Positions 35,687 to 45,040 of a stretch of 64,000 nt of DNA are shown one piece after another. Both the position numbers and the translations under genes were made by a program. The DNA is from a virus (taxonomy: Duplodnaviria; Caudoviricetes). The notes under the pieces are model-generated. The model ran no database searches and was not told the origin of the DNA. It saw only the letters and a list, made by a program, of their open reading frames with translations. Location: positions 7,769 to 71,768 of the IMG/VR virus record IMGVR_UViG_3300033067_001299, one strand, 5' to 3'. Position 1 is the stretch's first letter. The number at the start of each line of letters is the position of its first letter.

Positions 35687-38158
35687 TCAGTATTTCCTCT
35701 TCTTCGACAGGTGGCGCTCTCGCTGGATCAGCGGACGGTACGTTCCGCTCAATCCGCTCTGCGAGTAATCCGGCTTCGAGTGGCCCGGCAACTGTCGAAC
35801 ACAGGTGCAGAAGCTGTCCGGCACATCGTCGTGTACTCCTTTCGTCGGGAAGGCGTCCATCTCGTCGATGAAGTCCTTGTTCCACGGCGCTCGTACGATC
35901 TCGACCTGTCCCTGTTGCCACAGCGATGCCGGCGAGTTCGCTCCTCCAGACGCGATTGCGACCTTGTTCTTCGTGATAGTGCGAGACAGCACGGTGAAGT
36001 CGTAGAGCGCTCCGACGAACGACTCCTTCTGCGACTTGCCGGACTGGCCCGGGTCTTGCGGCAGCAGAATCCAGGTGTCCTTGCCGTCTCGAACCGCGAT
36101 GGTCTTGACGAGACTCTCGATCACGGCCGCTTTCCGGCGAACTCGGATCATGTCGGCCACCACGATCTTGCCGTTGCTACGGCGCCCGATCAGCAGCCCG
36201 ACCGTGTAATCCGGGTCTCGTCCGTCGCCCTCTTCTGTCGCGGCCAAGTCCCAACTGCGAATCCACTTGACCACGTCGGTCGGACGCCAGTCGATGACCG
36301 TGATCGCGTCGCGAGGGAAGTAGTCTCCGGCCTGCGGGCGAACCTTCCAGTTGCCGTCGAGCAATCGCGCGCGCTCGACTCGCGTCAGAGCCTTCAGGTT
36401 GCTGAGATAGGCCGGGTCTTTCTTGAGCAGGATCGGGTTGTCGGTTATCTTCGCAGGGATGAATGTGAAACTCTTCGGGTCGAGCGGCTCGCATCCGTGT
36501 CTCGACACCAGCTCCTCTATCGAGTCGCCCCAGTGCATCTCGTTGTTGGATCTGACGAAGTATCGGATGACTCCACTTCTTTCCTGTATCGGCAACCCGT
36601 AATTCGGGCTGCTGTTGTCCTGCTCGATCCACCACTCAAGAAGCTCTGCCACCCAACTTTCAGCGTCAGGATTCGTAGTGGCTCTGATGTAGGGCCGAAC
36701 CCCGCTGGTGCTGCGGTTTCGAGAGAACATATAGGTCCACTGAAAGTTGCTATTTCCTGTCCATAAATACCTTCCGTTTCTTCTCATTAAAAAGTTTTCG
36801 TTCTTTTTAACAGTCAAACAATAAATATTTCCTTCATATTTGCTTGTTTTAATATTCTTTGAATTTACCTGATAATGACTTCTTTTCTTCGTACTAACAA
36901 TCAGTCTCCATACATCATACTTTCCAGCTACAAAACCATATCCTTTTGTCGATATTCTACCGCACAAAAAGTAAAGTTCCTGAAGGTCGTCAATTAAGCC
37001 TTCGTTTGCAAGACCAAAACTAATTGCTCCATTTGGCCTTACATGACCATCACCATTCGTAAAAGCATCAAGAAATAAATTGATTTGTCTTGGAGACAGA
37101 CCAAAAACCCATCGAGGAACCCTCTTTTCGTAAGTATTACCAAAACCAACCAACTCTTCATAAAGTTGACGGCTAAATATTTTATATTGACCATCCTTTG
37201 ATTTTGAATACCTCCAAGGAATTCGATCAAGAACATCTTCAAGCAACTTCTGTCCTTCTGGTTTCGTTTGCCTAATAGAAACCACTCTGCTTTTTGTTCT
37301 ATTTTTAAACTGAAAACAACAACCTTCAGAAAGATACCATCCAAAGAAACTCAACCAATCATCCATTGGCATATATTCAACATTGGAGTTTGTGTTATTA
37401 TCTCCATAACCCCTTCCAGTTATTATATCAAAAAACTTATACTCTTCTTCAGATCCAATCCAACCACCAGTTCTAGGAATATAACTTGTTGCTAAGTCTT
37501 TCGCCTCAACAAACTTCCATGAATTAAAACTCCATTTTTTGTCTCTATAGGACGGACTATCAACCATCATCTTATGATTTGGAGTTACTTTAAAATTCAA
37601 ACTACCTTCTTCATAACAAACCATATCACCAGAATAATAGTCTTTATATACATAAGAAACTTCTTGATATTGGATCTCTCTGTTTTTTGAGAGAGACGCA
37701 ACCTTTTCACCAACACTAATATCCTTGATTAATTTCCAACCATCACCAGTTAGAGCTTCTGTTTCTTCGTCAACACAGAAATGAGTCAATTCGTCGTAAC
37801 CGATAAAAGGAATCTGACTCCCTTGCCAGCTCAGCACGTCGCTCTCTTGGTTGAGGTGGCGAAACGAAATGCGCGCACCGCTCGGAAAGATGAAATGCGG
37901 ATAAGGCTGCGAGCGATACTCTCCGCCGAGATGCGGATAGAGTTGCAACGCCGTGTCTCTCAGTCCGCCCTCGTTGGTGATCATCGTCTGCTCGCGACGG
38001 AAGATCACCCCACCGTAATCCGGGTTGCCGATATTGCGAGACGCTTCCAAAAGAAGACCAAACGATTTCGAAGACCCTGCCGACCCTCCGAATACAGCAA
38101 CGTCGGCAGAGCACGACAGGAACGCCGTTTGCGGCCCAGGATTAGGTCTTATTTCCAC
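35687..38158 (-). CDS. terL: terminase large subunit interrupted by an intein
   Basis: Walker A GGSAGSSKS, Walker B IGYDE, C-terminal RuvC-like domain (RSWDLAA, DPDYT, HDDVPD). Confidence 0.92.
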   Translation of the reverse strand: MEIRPNPGPQTAFLSCSADVAVFGGSAGSSKSFGLLLEASRNIGNPDYGGVIFRREQTMITNEGGLRDTALQLYPHLGGEYRSQPYPHFIFPSGARISFRHLNQESDVLSWQGSQIPFIGYDELTHFCVDEETEALTGDGWKLIKDISVGEKVASLSKNREIQYQEVSYVYKDYYSGDMVCYEEGSLNFKVTPNHKMMVDSPSYRDKKWSFNSWKFVEAKDLATSYIPRTGGWIGSEEEYKFFDIITGRGYGDNNTNSNVEYMPMDDWLSFFGWYLSEGCCFQFKNRTKSRVVSIRQTKPEGQKLLEDVLDRIPWRYSKSKDGQYKIFSRQLYEELVGFGNTYEKRVPRWVFGLSPRQINLFLDAFTNGDGHVRPNGAISFGLANEGLIDDLQELYFLCGRISTKGYGFVAGKYDVWRLIVSTKKRSHYQVNSKNIKTSKYEGNIYCLTVKKNENFLMRRNGRYLWTGNSNFQWTYMFSRNRSTSGVRPYIRATTNPDAESWVAELLEWWIEQDNSSPNYGLPIQERSGVIRYFVRSNNEMHWGDSIEELVSRHGCEPLDPKSFTFIPAKITDNPILLKKDPAYLSNLKALTRVERARLLDGNWKVRPQAGDYFPRDAITVIDWRPTDVVKWIRSWDLAATEEGDGRDPDYTVGLLIGRRSNGKIVVADMIRVRRKAAVIESLVKTIAVRDGKDTWILLPQDPGQSGKSQKESFVGALYDFTVLSRTITKNKVAIASGGANSPASLWQQGQVEIVRAPWNKDFIDEMDAFPTKGVHDDVPDSFCTCVRQLPGHSKPDYSQSGLSGTYRPLIQRERHLSKKRKY
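36752..37777 (-). mobile_element. 342-aa intein with LAGLIDADG homing endonuclease
   Basis: Starts CVDEETEALT and ends LWTGN before Ser. Contains FFGWYLSEG and FLDAFTNGDG motifs. Sharp AT-rich island. Confidence 0.92.
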
Positions 38159-38426
38159 TGTTAAACTCGCGTAGCGCTTTGTCTCGCTTCTCGACGCAAC
38201 TCGGACAGTAGCGCATCTTGCGTTTGCCGCCGACGATCCTGACGGTCAGACGCTCGACCGGGAAGTATTTCCAGCAACTCGAACAGTTACTCGTCGGAAG
38301 GTTGTTCGGTTTTGGCATGTGCGTTATCGAATAGAGTGAAATACATCTCGTTTAGCGTCACCTGATCCCAGTACGCTTCCTCGTATCTGACATGAGCTAG
38401 CGCGAGGATCAGGCGAATGTAGAACA

Positions 38427-39518
38427 TCAGAGCCGTCGGCCCATGACGACGAACGTCGCGTTAAGACCTTCTTGTTTGATCGAAACGAGATCGTTCGTGA
38501 ACAGGAGCGTGACGCTATCTCCGTCGAGCGCTTCGAGCGCGTCGATCAGGTAGCGCGGAGAGAACCCTTTCGTGAGAGGATCGCCGGAGAAGCGATGGAT
38601 CTCGATCTCTTCTCTGACCTCCTCGCCATCGCGTGCTCCGCTGATGACCAGCCCGCTCTCCGAGATGTCGAGCGAGACGCCATCCGTTTCAGGCACGAGA
38701 ATCGTCGTGCGATTCAACGCTCCGATCAGCTTCGAGAGATCGACGTCGATCTCGGTGCAGAACGATACAGGAATTACCCTGCGCATATCCGGGTATCTTC
38801 CGTCGATCAAACGAACATCGACGACGGTATCGCCGAAATCGGCGCGCATACCGTTCTTGCCGTCGAGCGCTTCGAGTTTGACTGTGCCTGACGCTCCGAT
38901 GTGCCTCTTGAGTTCGAGAACCGACTTCGACGGCACGATCAGCTCTTTCGGATCGTCGATCCCTATCACGGTCTGTCCTTCTATGGCGGCGAGCCGGTGT
39001 CCGTTCGTGGCGACGGCGGTAAGGTGCGCTCCGAACTGCAAGCAGATACCGTTCAGGTGGTGGCGCACGTCCTTGACGGCCATCGCGTGCTCGACGAGAC
39101 GCAACTGGTAGCCGAACTCGTCTTGCGGAACCTCTACCGATAGCGAGACGGTTCTGTTTTTGTCGGACAGCGGGAAGTCTTGCGTATCTCCGCACGCCAG
39201 CTTGAACCGGCTACGTCCGGCGGTGATGTGAAAGTCCTTGTCCTTCTGAGCGATTCCGACCACGCTAGAATCGGACAGCGACCGAAGGATGTCGTGCAGC
39301 CGCTTGGCCGGCCACAGCGCCTCGAACGGCTCGTGCGGGTCAGACGAGAACCCGTGCTGGACCTGGATTTCCATGTTGTTCGCCGTCGCTGTGATCGTCT
39401 CGCCGTCGCCGCGAAACAGGATGTGCGACAGCGCTGGCAACACGGATTTGTGATCGACGGCTCCGATCACGGTCTTCACGGCGTCCAGCAAATTCTTTCT
39501 GTCGATAACGAGTTTCAT
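38427..39518 (-). CDS. dnaN: DNA polymerase III beta sliding clamp
   Basis: 363 aa; ATANNMEI, DFPL, VATNGHRLA, IVPSKSVLEL, RLIDGRYPD, F..RYLIDAL. Confidence 0.93.
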   Translation of the reverse strand: MKLVIDRKNLLDAVKTVIGAVDHKSVLPALSHILFRGDGETITATANNMEIQVQHGFSSDPHEPFEALWPAKRLHDILRSLSDSSVVGIAQKDKDFHITAGRSRFKLACGDTQDFPLSDKNRTVSLSVEVPQDEFGYQLRLVEHAMAVKDVRHHLNGICLQFGAHLTAVATNGHRLAAIEGQTVIGIDDPKELIVPSKSVLELKRHIGASGTVKLEALDGKNGMRADFGDTVVDVRLIDGRYPDMRRVIPVSFCTEIDVDLSKLIGALNRTTILVPETDGVSLDISESGLVISGARDGEEVREEIEIHRFSGDPLTKGFSPRYLIDALEALDGDSVTLLFTNDLVSIKQEGLNATFVVMGRRL

Positions 39519-39553
39519 GCGCTCTCCGTTTAACGGTTTAACCGTATTTGTTT

Positions 39554-39769
39554 CTACAATAGATTCGAGTCAAGACATCCGTAGAACTCGAGCAAGTCGC
39601 AGTGAGCGATGCTTGCGATAATCTCTGTTCTGAACGCTCCTTCAGTCAGCGATCTCCTCGATTCTGGAAATTCAAGAACATCAGACGATATGAATCCAGA
39701 AGATTTCATCTCGCACATCACAGACGAGACTATTTTTATAAACATCATCCAAGAATAATCGTGCATCAT
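39554..39769 (-). CDS. hypothetical protein
   Basis: GAGGA RBS before ATG 39769. Confidence 0.4.
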   Translation of the reverse strand: MMHDYSWMMFIKIVSSVMCEMKSSGFISSDVLEFPESRRSLTEGAFRTEIIASIAHCDLLEFYGCLDSNLL

Positions 39770-39797
39770 AATACTATCCTCGTTTAACGATACATCC

Positions 39798-39826
39798 ATT
39801 ATATCACATCAGTCTGGATACTGCAA
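39798..39826 (-). promoter_or_regulatory. sigma70-type promoter upstream of the dnaN-terL block
   Basis: Minus strand TTGCAG, 17 bp, TATAAT with extended TG. Confidence 0.6.
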
Positions 39827-39994
39827 AAGCTCTGCCCACGCGACGACATCTCCGTACTTTTCCTCGTTCGGGTTGTTCCATTCGAAGCCGTTCCAGAATC
39901 TCGTGAAGCGATACTTGCGATTGTCTTCGGTGCGCTGGTAGACGAGATAGTGTCCAGACTTCGGAGGATCGCAGTGAAACACCCACTCGTTCAT
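39809..39994 (-). CDS. small phage protein (DUF551-like)
   Basis: W..C.DPP.SG.YLV...W.G..W...V.AWA pattern. Confidence 0.5.
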   Translation of the reverse strand: MNEWVFHCDPPKSGHYLVYQRTEDNRKYRFTRFWNGFEWNNPNEEKYGDVVAWAELLQYPD

Positions 39995-40209
39995 CAGGTT
40001 TGCTCTGATTTATTAGAATACTTTTTTCTCATACGATCACGAAAACAAGAAATATCTTCAATCCTATCAACTTTTCTTAGATAATCAATCAAATCACACA
40101 TTTGATCAAATTCAGCACACCATCGATAAGCGCGAGCCATATCGGCCTTCAATCCACCTAATTCATTGATTTCTTTTTTTGCTAAACAATACTTTATCCA
40201 TTCTAACAT
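39994..40209 (-). CDS. hypothetical protein (low GC)
   Basis: 71-aa ORF. Confidence 0.45.
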   Translation of the reverse strand: MLEWIKYCLAKKEINELGGLKADMARAYRWCAEFDQMCDLIDYLRKVDRIEDISCFRDRMRKKYSNKSEQT

Positions 40210-40213
40210 ATTA

Positions 40214-40699
40214 TCACCGATTATTGTCAGGGAGGTATATCTGCACTTTCTCTATATTGTCGTCCGCTTCCTTACCGGTGTCTTTCTTCTCGGTCCAGCC
40301 CGCCGTCTTCAGCCGGAACATGGCGGCGATTGAGGCCACCGAGTCTGGCGCGGTCTGGATGATGTTGTCGAATCGCTTCGCGGTCGAGATCACGCCGACG
40401 GTGAATCCCTGCACGTAGACCTCTCCGACCTCCGGGAACTCGTCGCACAGCTTGTTGAACTTGGCTCGTGACATTCCGTAATAGCCGGCGATCTGGTCGC
40501 GAGTCAAACCGTACCGAGCGAGGTTATAAATGACTTCGAGATCGACGTGGATGGTGCGCTGGCCGCTGTGCTCGCGGATGGCGTCGATCTGTGCGTTGCG
40601 CGAGGTCGGCCTGTAGACCTTGAACGTGTCGTCCTTGTGCTGGCGCGGCTTCAGGAACGAGCGCTTCTTGCGGGTCTCGATGCTCTTCGGCTCAGCCAT
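40214..40699 (-). CDS. terS: terminase small subunit (probable)
   Basis: HTH (GLTRDQIAGYYG), AAMFRLKT.AGW and C-terminal VQIYLPDNNR typical of TerS. Confidence 0.75.
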   Translation of the reverse strand: MAEPKSIETRKKRSFLKPRQHKDDTFKVYRPTSRNAQIDAIREHSGQRTIHVDLEVIYNLARYGLTRDQIAGYYGMSRAKFNKLCDEFPEVGEVYVQGFTVGVISTAKRFDNIIQTAPDSVASIAAMFRLKTAGWTEKKDTGKEADDNIEKVQIYLPDNNR

Positions 40700-41852
40700 C
40701 GTGTCGCTCCGGGGTTTCGCCGGACAGCACGCTCCAGCGCTCCAGCATGGTCGCGACGTACTTCGGCTCGCGGTCGATCATCCGCGCGATCCGGCCGGAC
40801 TGCTCGGCTGCGATCAGCGTGGTGCCGCTGCCGCCGTAGGGATCGAGCACGACGGCACCGACATCGGTGTAGTCGTCGATGATCTGCGCGAACAGCTTGA
40901 CAGGTTTCTGCGTCGGGTGAAATCTCTCCTTCTCTCTTCCGATCAGACCGTTGAACTCGAAGTCGTACTTGACGACCGACTTGCGAGACACGTTTGTCCA
41001 CGCCAGCTCGCAGTCGCCGAACGTCGGCATGGTCTGGTGCTTGTCCCAAACGATCCAGTGAGTGCTCATCGGTAGCAGGTCGGCGAAGAAGTTGCCGCCG
41101 AACACGATGGCGATCTCCGCTCGAGAGACGAGATAAATCAGAGTTTCCTTATCTGGCCTGCTATCGTCCCACGAATCGTCGTAGTTCCTTCTATTGATTG
41201 CCTTACCTTTTCCAGAGAATCCACATGATCCAGAAAACCCTTTGTCTCTCTTGACACCATACGGCGGATCGGTCAGCAGCAGATCGACTTTGACGCCTTT
41301 CAGCAGCTCGTCCATCGCCATCGTGTCCGAGCAGTCTCCGCAGTACAGCAGGTGCTCGCCGCAGCGCCAGAACTGGCCCACCTCGACCTGCCACTTGTCC
41401 TGGCAGTCTTCGGACTTGTCGGCGAGCGACTCGGTCTTGTCCTCTCCGATCTCGATGGGCTGTTTGAGCAGCTCGTCGATCTCGGAGCTATCGAACCCGG
41501 TCAGCTCCAGATCGAACTCGGACTCAAGCAGGTCTTGCAGCTCTATGGCGAGCAGCTCGTCGTCGAACTCGGACTCCATAGCGGTGCGGTTGTCCGCGAT
41601 TCTGTAGCCCTTGATCTGGGCTGGCGTCAGGTTCGCGGCGACGTGGACCGGCACCTCTGTCATGCCGAGGTCCTTCGCGGCCATCCATCGCGTGTGGCCG
41701 ACCACGATCACGTTGTCTGCGTCCACCACGATGGGCTGACGAAAGCCGTACTCCTTGAGAGACGATTTGACTTTCGGAATCGCTTTCTGGTTGCGTCTGG
41801 GATTCCTGGCGTACCCTACAATCGAGTCGATTGGGACGAGATCAACCTTCAT
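40692..41852 (-). CDS. ParB-like domain fused to N4/N6 DNA methyltransferase (beta order)
   Basis: YARNPR...YGFRQPIVVD...VVGHTR, then DPPY, HPTQKP and VLDPYGGSGTT. Confidence 0.88.
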   Translation of the reverse strand: MKVDLVPIDSIVGYARNPRRNQKAIPKVKSSLKEYGFRQPIVVDADNVIVVGHTRWMAAKDLGMTEVPVHVAANLTPAQIKGYRIADNRTAMESEFDDELLAIELQDLLESEFDLELTGFDSSEIDELLKQPIEIGEDKTESLADKSEDCQDKWQVEVGQFWRCGEHLLYCGDCSDTMAMDELLKGVKVDLLLTDPPYGVKRDKGFSGSCGFSGKGKAINRRNYDDSWDDSRPDKETLIYLVSRAEIAIVFGGNFFADLLPMSTHWIVWDKHQTMPTFGDCELAWTNVSRKSVVKYDFEFNGLIGREKERFHPTQKPVKLFAQIIDDYTDVGAVVLDPYGGSGTTLIAAEQSGRIARMIDREPKYVATMLERWSVLSGETPERHDG

Positions 41853-42225
41853 CGATCATCTCGATCAGCAGGTTCAGGTAGTCGCGCATCTTGAGCAAGT
41901 CTATCTTGCCGCCCTTGCCTTGCGCCTTCATCTGGTAGCGCCCTAGATACTTGATGATCTGGAACAGGTACGCGCCTTCGAGCTGCTCGTTCCCGAGCCA
42001 GTGCTGCGCGACATCGAGAGGTTCGAGCGTCATCTCGCCATAGTGCTCGTTGTGCGATCCATCCTCTACTTTGCGCCTGATTGGTTCAGGGCAATCGACG
42101 TTTTCTCCGAAGCGCTCGATGTGCTCGTCAATGGCTTTATCGAATTCTTCGCGCTCGATGCGCTCGCCGACTGACTCTCTGTAGCTTCCTCTGTTGACCA
42201 TGCTCGCAACAATGGAGTCAATCAT
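41842..42225 (-). CDS. DUF3310-like protein
   Basis: HY...EPLDV...IKYLGRY..K...DLLK..YL. Confidence 0.65.
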   Translation of the reverse strand: MIDSIVASMVNRGSYRESVGERIEREEFDKAIDEHIERFGENVDCPEPIRRKVEDGSHNEHYGEMTLEPLDVAQHWLGNEQLEGAYLFQIIKYLGRYQMKAQGKGGKIDLLKMRDYLNLLIEMIDEG

Positions 42226-42761
42226 ACGCCTTTGCTCGCGGTGACTGTCGTGGTGTCGTTATAGCGTCCGCGAACCTTGTACGAGCGGTCTTCAGGCACC
42301 GGATTCGAGCGATAGAAAATCATCTGGCCGACCTTCATGTTCGGCTTGATCAGGATGGCGTTGTGCTGCAACTCGTTCTTCAGCTCCAGCGTCATCTTCG
42401 AGTTGCTCCACCACGGATCGCCCCACGTCGCCAGCATGTTTTCGAGAAACACGCGCGCCATCGAAGATTTCAGCTTGAACTCGCACGACAGGTTTGGCGG
42501 AAGATTGAAAGTCTCGACCGTGCTGGCGAGCACGCACTGGCCGGGCAGCATCAGGTATCCTGAGTCCGGCATCTCGATCTGGATCGTGTCGTGCGACTGC
42601 TTGAGGCTCGGATCGACGATGCCGATCTCTTTCTTCTCCAGCTCGACGAGAATGGTGCGATCAAGTCGAACGTCGATGGAGGTTCCGTTGACGTTCTCCG
42701 GGTCGGCGTCGATCACGCCCATCTCGATCAGCTCGTGCAACTCGTAATAGCTAAGAAGCAT
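42222..42761 (-). CDS. dcd: dCTP deaminase
   Basis: SIDVRL, LASTVETF.LP, KSSMAR, TLEL, VGQMIF, Y.GRY. Confidence 0.88.
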   Translation of the reverse strand: MLLSYYELHELIEMGVIDADPENVNGTSIDVRLDRTILVELEKKEIGIVDPSLKQSHDTIQIEMPDSGYLMLPGQCVLASTVETFNLPPNLSCEFKLKSSMARVFLENMLATWGDPWWSNSKMTLELKNELQHNAILIKPNMKVGQMIFYRSNPVPEDRSYKVRGRYNDTTTVTASKGV

Positions 42762-42787
42762 CCGTTTAACCTCGTTTGAAAAGATGA

Positions 42788-42817
42788 ATTATATCACGAT
42801 GGACGACAACACTTCAA
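42788..42817 (-). promoter_or_regulatory. sigma70-type promoter upstream of dcd
   Basis: Minus strand TTGAAG, 18 bp, TATAAT with extended TG. Confidence 0.5.
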
Positions 42818-43027
42818 TCAGCGCTTTTTCTCTTGTGTGAACATGCAGTCTCCGCCGACTGTTCCCTGTATCGATTCGAGTCTCAGCACTCTCGCGCACA
42901 GCGAGTGACCGTCTTCGAGAGTGAAGCGCGCCCCGCTATTTATGAAAGCGTAGATGGAGTAGAGCTGATAGGCGGTCGACATAACGACAAACGCCACGAC
43001 ACAGAATATCGCTATTTTACGAACCAT
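42818..43027 (-). CDS. small membrane protein
   Basis: N-terminal transmembrane segment. Confidence 0.5.
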   Translation of the reverse strand: MVRKIAIFCVVAFVVMSTAYQLYSIYAFINSGARFTLEDGHSLCARVLRLESIQGTVGGDCMFTQEKKR

Positions 43028-43311
43028 TTATTGAACGCCTCCAAAGCGGTAATAACGGCGGCGAACCCGGCACATAGAACGACGACGGTCGAAACCGACC
43101 ACTTCAACATGCCGCCCGCTTCGAGAACCGACTTGATCGCGTCGATGGACGGCTTGTTTCCGTCGTAATACTCGGAAATCTTGTCGAGCTTCCTGGATAT
43201 TTCGAGGAACTCCCTTCTCATGTCTTCGACGGCATACTCCATCTTTTCCAGTCGGTTCATCAGATAGTCGTCGAGCTGGCGCGTGTAGTCGGAGTTCTTG
43301 TTGAGCGTCAT
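43012..43311 (-). CDS. coiled-coil protein with C-terminal transmembrane segment (holin/hemolysin-like)
   Basis: Coiled coil followed by a hydrophobic tail. Confidence 0.5.
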   Translation of the reverse strand: MTLNKNSDYTRQLDDYLMNRLEKMEYAVEDMRREFLEISRKLDKISEYYDGNKPSIDAIKSVLEAGGMLKWSVSTVVVLCAGFAAVITALEAFNKWFVK

Positions 43312-43547
43312 GACGAGGTTTCCTGGTAGTCGCTCCACTCTTCCCTGAGCTTGTCCAGCAGAGATAGTCTCTCGAAGAGTTCGTTGCAGTCTTCGCGAAA
43401 AGCGGCGTGCTCGTTCCTGACGTTCGATTCGAGATCGACGAGTCGCTTCTGCATCTCGCATACCGCACGATGCTGTCGGTCGAACAGCTCGTACAGTTGC
43501 GATACTTTAGCGTCGATATGCTCGAACGAAAGGTTGTCTGCCGTCAT
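43308..43547 (-). CDS. coiled-coil hypothetical protein
   Basis: GGAG RBS; 79 aa. Confidence 0.5.
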   Translation of the reverse strand: MTADNLSFEHIDAKVSQLYELFDRQHRAVCEMQKRLVDLESNVRNEHAAFREDCNELFERLSLLDKLREEWSDYQETSS

Positions 43548-43843
43548 CGTTTAACTCCAAGCAGGGCGCGCAACTCGTCTACGTGCTGTTTGCACGAGAT
43601 GAAATTGCGAGCGATTTTCTCGTAGGTAGAATCCGATAGGCACATCAGCTCGTCAGACTTCACGCTCTCGTATCGAGGCATTGAAGGAACGAGCATTTCC
43701 GGTATCGGCCTATATTCTACGCTCTGTTTCGCGCATCCTGCAATCGCGAGAACCAGCATCACTACAACCGAGATCGCGGCGATGATGAAAGCCGCTTGCT
43801 TGAGTCTCGGTTTCGGTCCAAAAACAGGTCCGCCGACCATCAC
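43544..43843 (-). CDS. outer-membrane spanin (Rz1-like lipoprotein)
   Basis: Lipobox LAIAGC and Pro-rich periplasmic part; follows the i-spanin candidate. Confidence 0.65.
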   Translation of the reverse strand: MMVGGPVFGPKPRLKQAAFIIAAISVVVMLVLAIAGCAKQSVEYRPIPEMLVPSMPRYESVKSDELMCLSDSTYEKIARNFISCKQHVDELRALLGVKR

Positions 43844-44067
43844 TCGAAATCCTTTCTGGTCTTAGGATCGACTGGCGCTCGCTCCTCGAATCTCTTCTTG
43901 GTCGCTTCGAGATCGCGATACGCTTTGTCGATCATGCTTTTCATCGACTCTTCGCGCTCGCGTTTCTCTCGCTCCATGCGATTGCGAGTGCGCGCCGCGT
44001 CGAACCCGAACCAGAGAGCCACGATGCCTGACAATCCTGCGATACCCTTCCATAGCCAGTCAAACAT
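43840..44067 (-). CDS. inner-membrane spanin (Rz-like)
   Basis: N-terminal transmembrane segment plus a charged coiled coil. Confidence 0.6.
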   Translation of the reverse strand: MFDWLWKGIAGLSGIVALWFGFDAARTRNRMEREKREREESMKSMIDKAYRDLEATKKRFEERAPVDPKTRKDFE

Positions 44068-44068
44068 A

Positions 44069-44326
44069 TCAGTTCTCCTTGTCGCTGAAGACGACGCCGA
44101 TCAGACCGGAAATGGTGCTACCAGTCAGCCCTATGGCCGCGCCGATGGTCGTCGATTTCAGGGCGAGAAACTGGAGATGCTCGGTCGTGGTAGCGCCGTA
44201 CATGTAGTAGATGATCGGCAAAATGAATCCGAGCGCCGACAGTCCTGTCACTGACATCACGATCCCTCGCCACGTCGAACGCTCTGACAAATTGATGGAG
44301 AACACGGGAAACGCTCCTTTCGTCAC
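44069..44326 (-). CDS. probable holin
   Basis: 85 aa with two transmembrane segments; adjacent to the spanins. Confidence 0.55.
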   Translation of the reverse strand: MTKGAFPVFSINLSERSTWRGIVMSVTGLSALGFILPIIYYMYGATTTEHLQFLALKSTTIGAAIGLTGSTISGLIGVVFSDKEN

Positions 44327-44634
44327 CTCTCGGCGACGTTGATCAGCAATGTTCGGTCATCGACTCGATTGACGGGAGAGCTGTCGGTCGTGATGCGGTA
44401 TCTCAGCGAGATCACGCCTCCGACCGATCCCCCGGAAATCCATGCCGTGACCATGCGGTTCGTCAACTGAGTCTGCACCAGCGTCGCGCCGGAGATGTCG
44501 ACGTCGACGCCGGTCAGACTCTCGTTCTCGGTCAGCCAATCGCTCCAGTCGAGCGTGTAATCGAGCGTTGCATCCGGGTCTTTCGGGACGGATACGGTAT
44601 ACGGCCAGCGCCTTTCGGCAACGCTGATCGACAT
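44323..44634 (-). CDS. conserved phage virion protein
   Basis: PKDPDATLDYTLDWSDWL...RVDDRTL motif. Confidence 0.6.
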   Translation of the reverse strand: MSISVAERRWPYTVSVPKDPDATLDYTLDWSDWLTENESLTGVDVDISGATLVQTQLTNRMVTAWISGGSVGGVISLRYRITTDSSPVNRVDDRTLLINVAER

Positions 44635-44645
44635 GTCGGCTCTCC

Positions 44646-45029
44646 TTAAACGGGATCGGCGATTTCGATGTCCCACGCCGGGACGGTCACGGTGCCGCCG
44701 GCGGTCAGCGCCTGGCTGGTGCAGGTCGTGACGTAGACCAGCGTGCTCGAACCCGAGATGCTCAGCGCGACGTGGGTCGCTGTGCCGCTGGAGTCGATGT
44801 CCATGTTGGTCTGCTGGAGGACGGTCAGCTTGCGACCGCTCGTGTCGCCGTTCGCGATGGTGTAGTCGCCGTTGCCGGAACCGGCGGTCATCACCACGTC
44901 CGCGAGCTTGTAGGTTGACGACGCTTCCGCGTAGGTCGTCGGCTGGGCCGAGCAGACTGTCAGAAGGGTCGAGTCGTCGATGCCTTGCAGGAAGACATCA
45001 AGATACGTGTCAGAGCACCACTTCGCCAT
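44646..45029 (-). CDS. virion structural protein
   Basis: MAKWCSD...VCSAQPTTYAEA...GTATHVAL...VPAWDIEIADP. Confidence 0.6.
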   Translation of the reverse strand: MAKWCSDTYLDVFLQGIDDSTLLTVCSAQPTTYAEASSTYKLADVVMTAGSGNGDYTIANGDTSGRKLTVLQQTNMDIDSSGTATHVALSISGSSTLVYVTTCTSQALTAGGTVTVPAWDIEIADPV

Positions 45030-45040
45030 GATCTTTCTCC

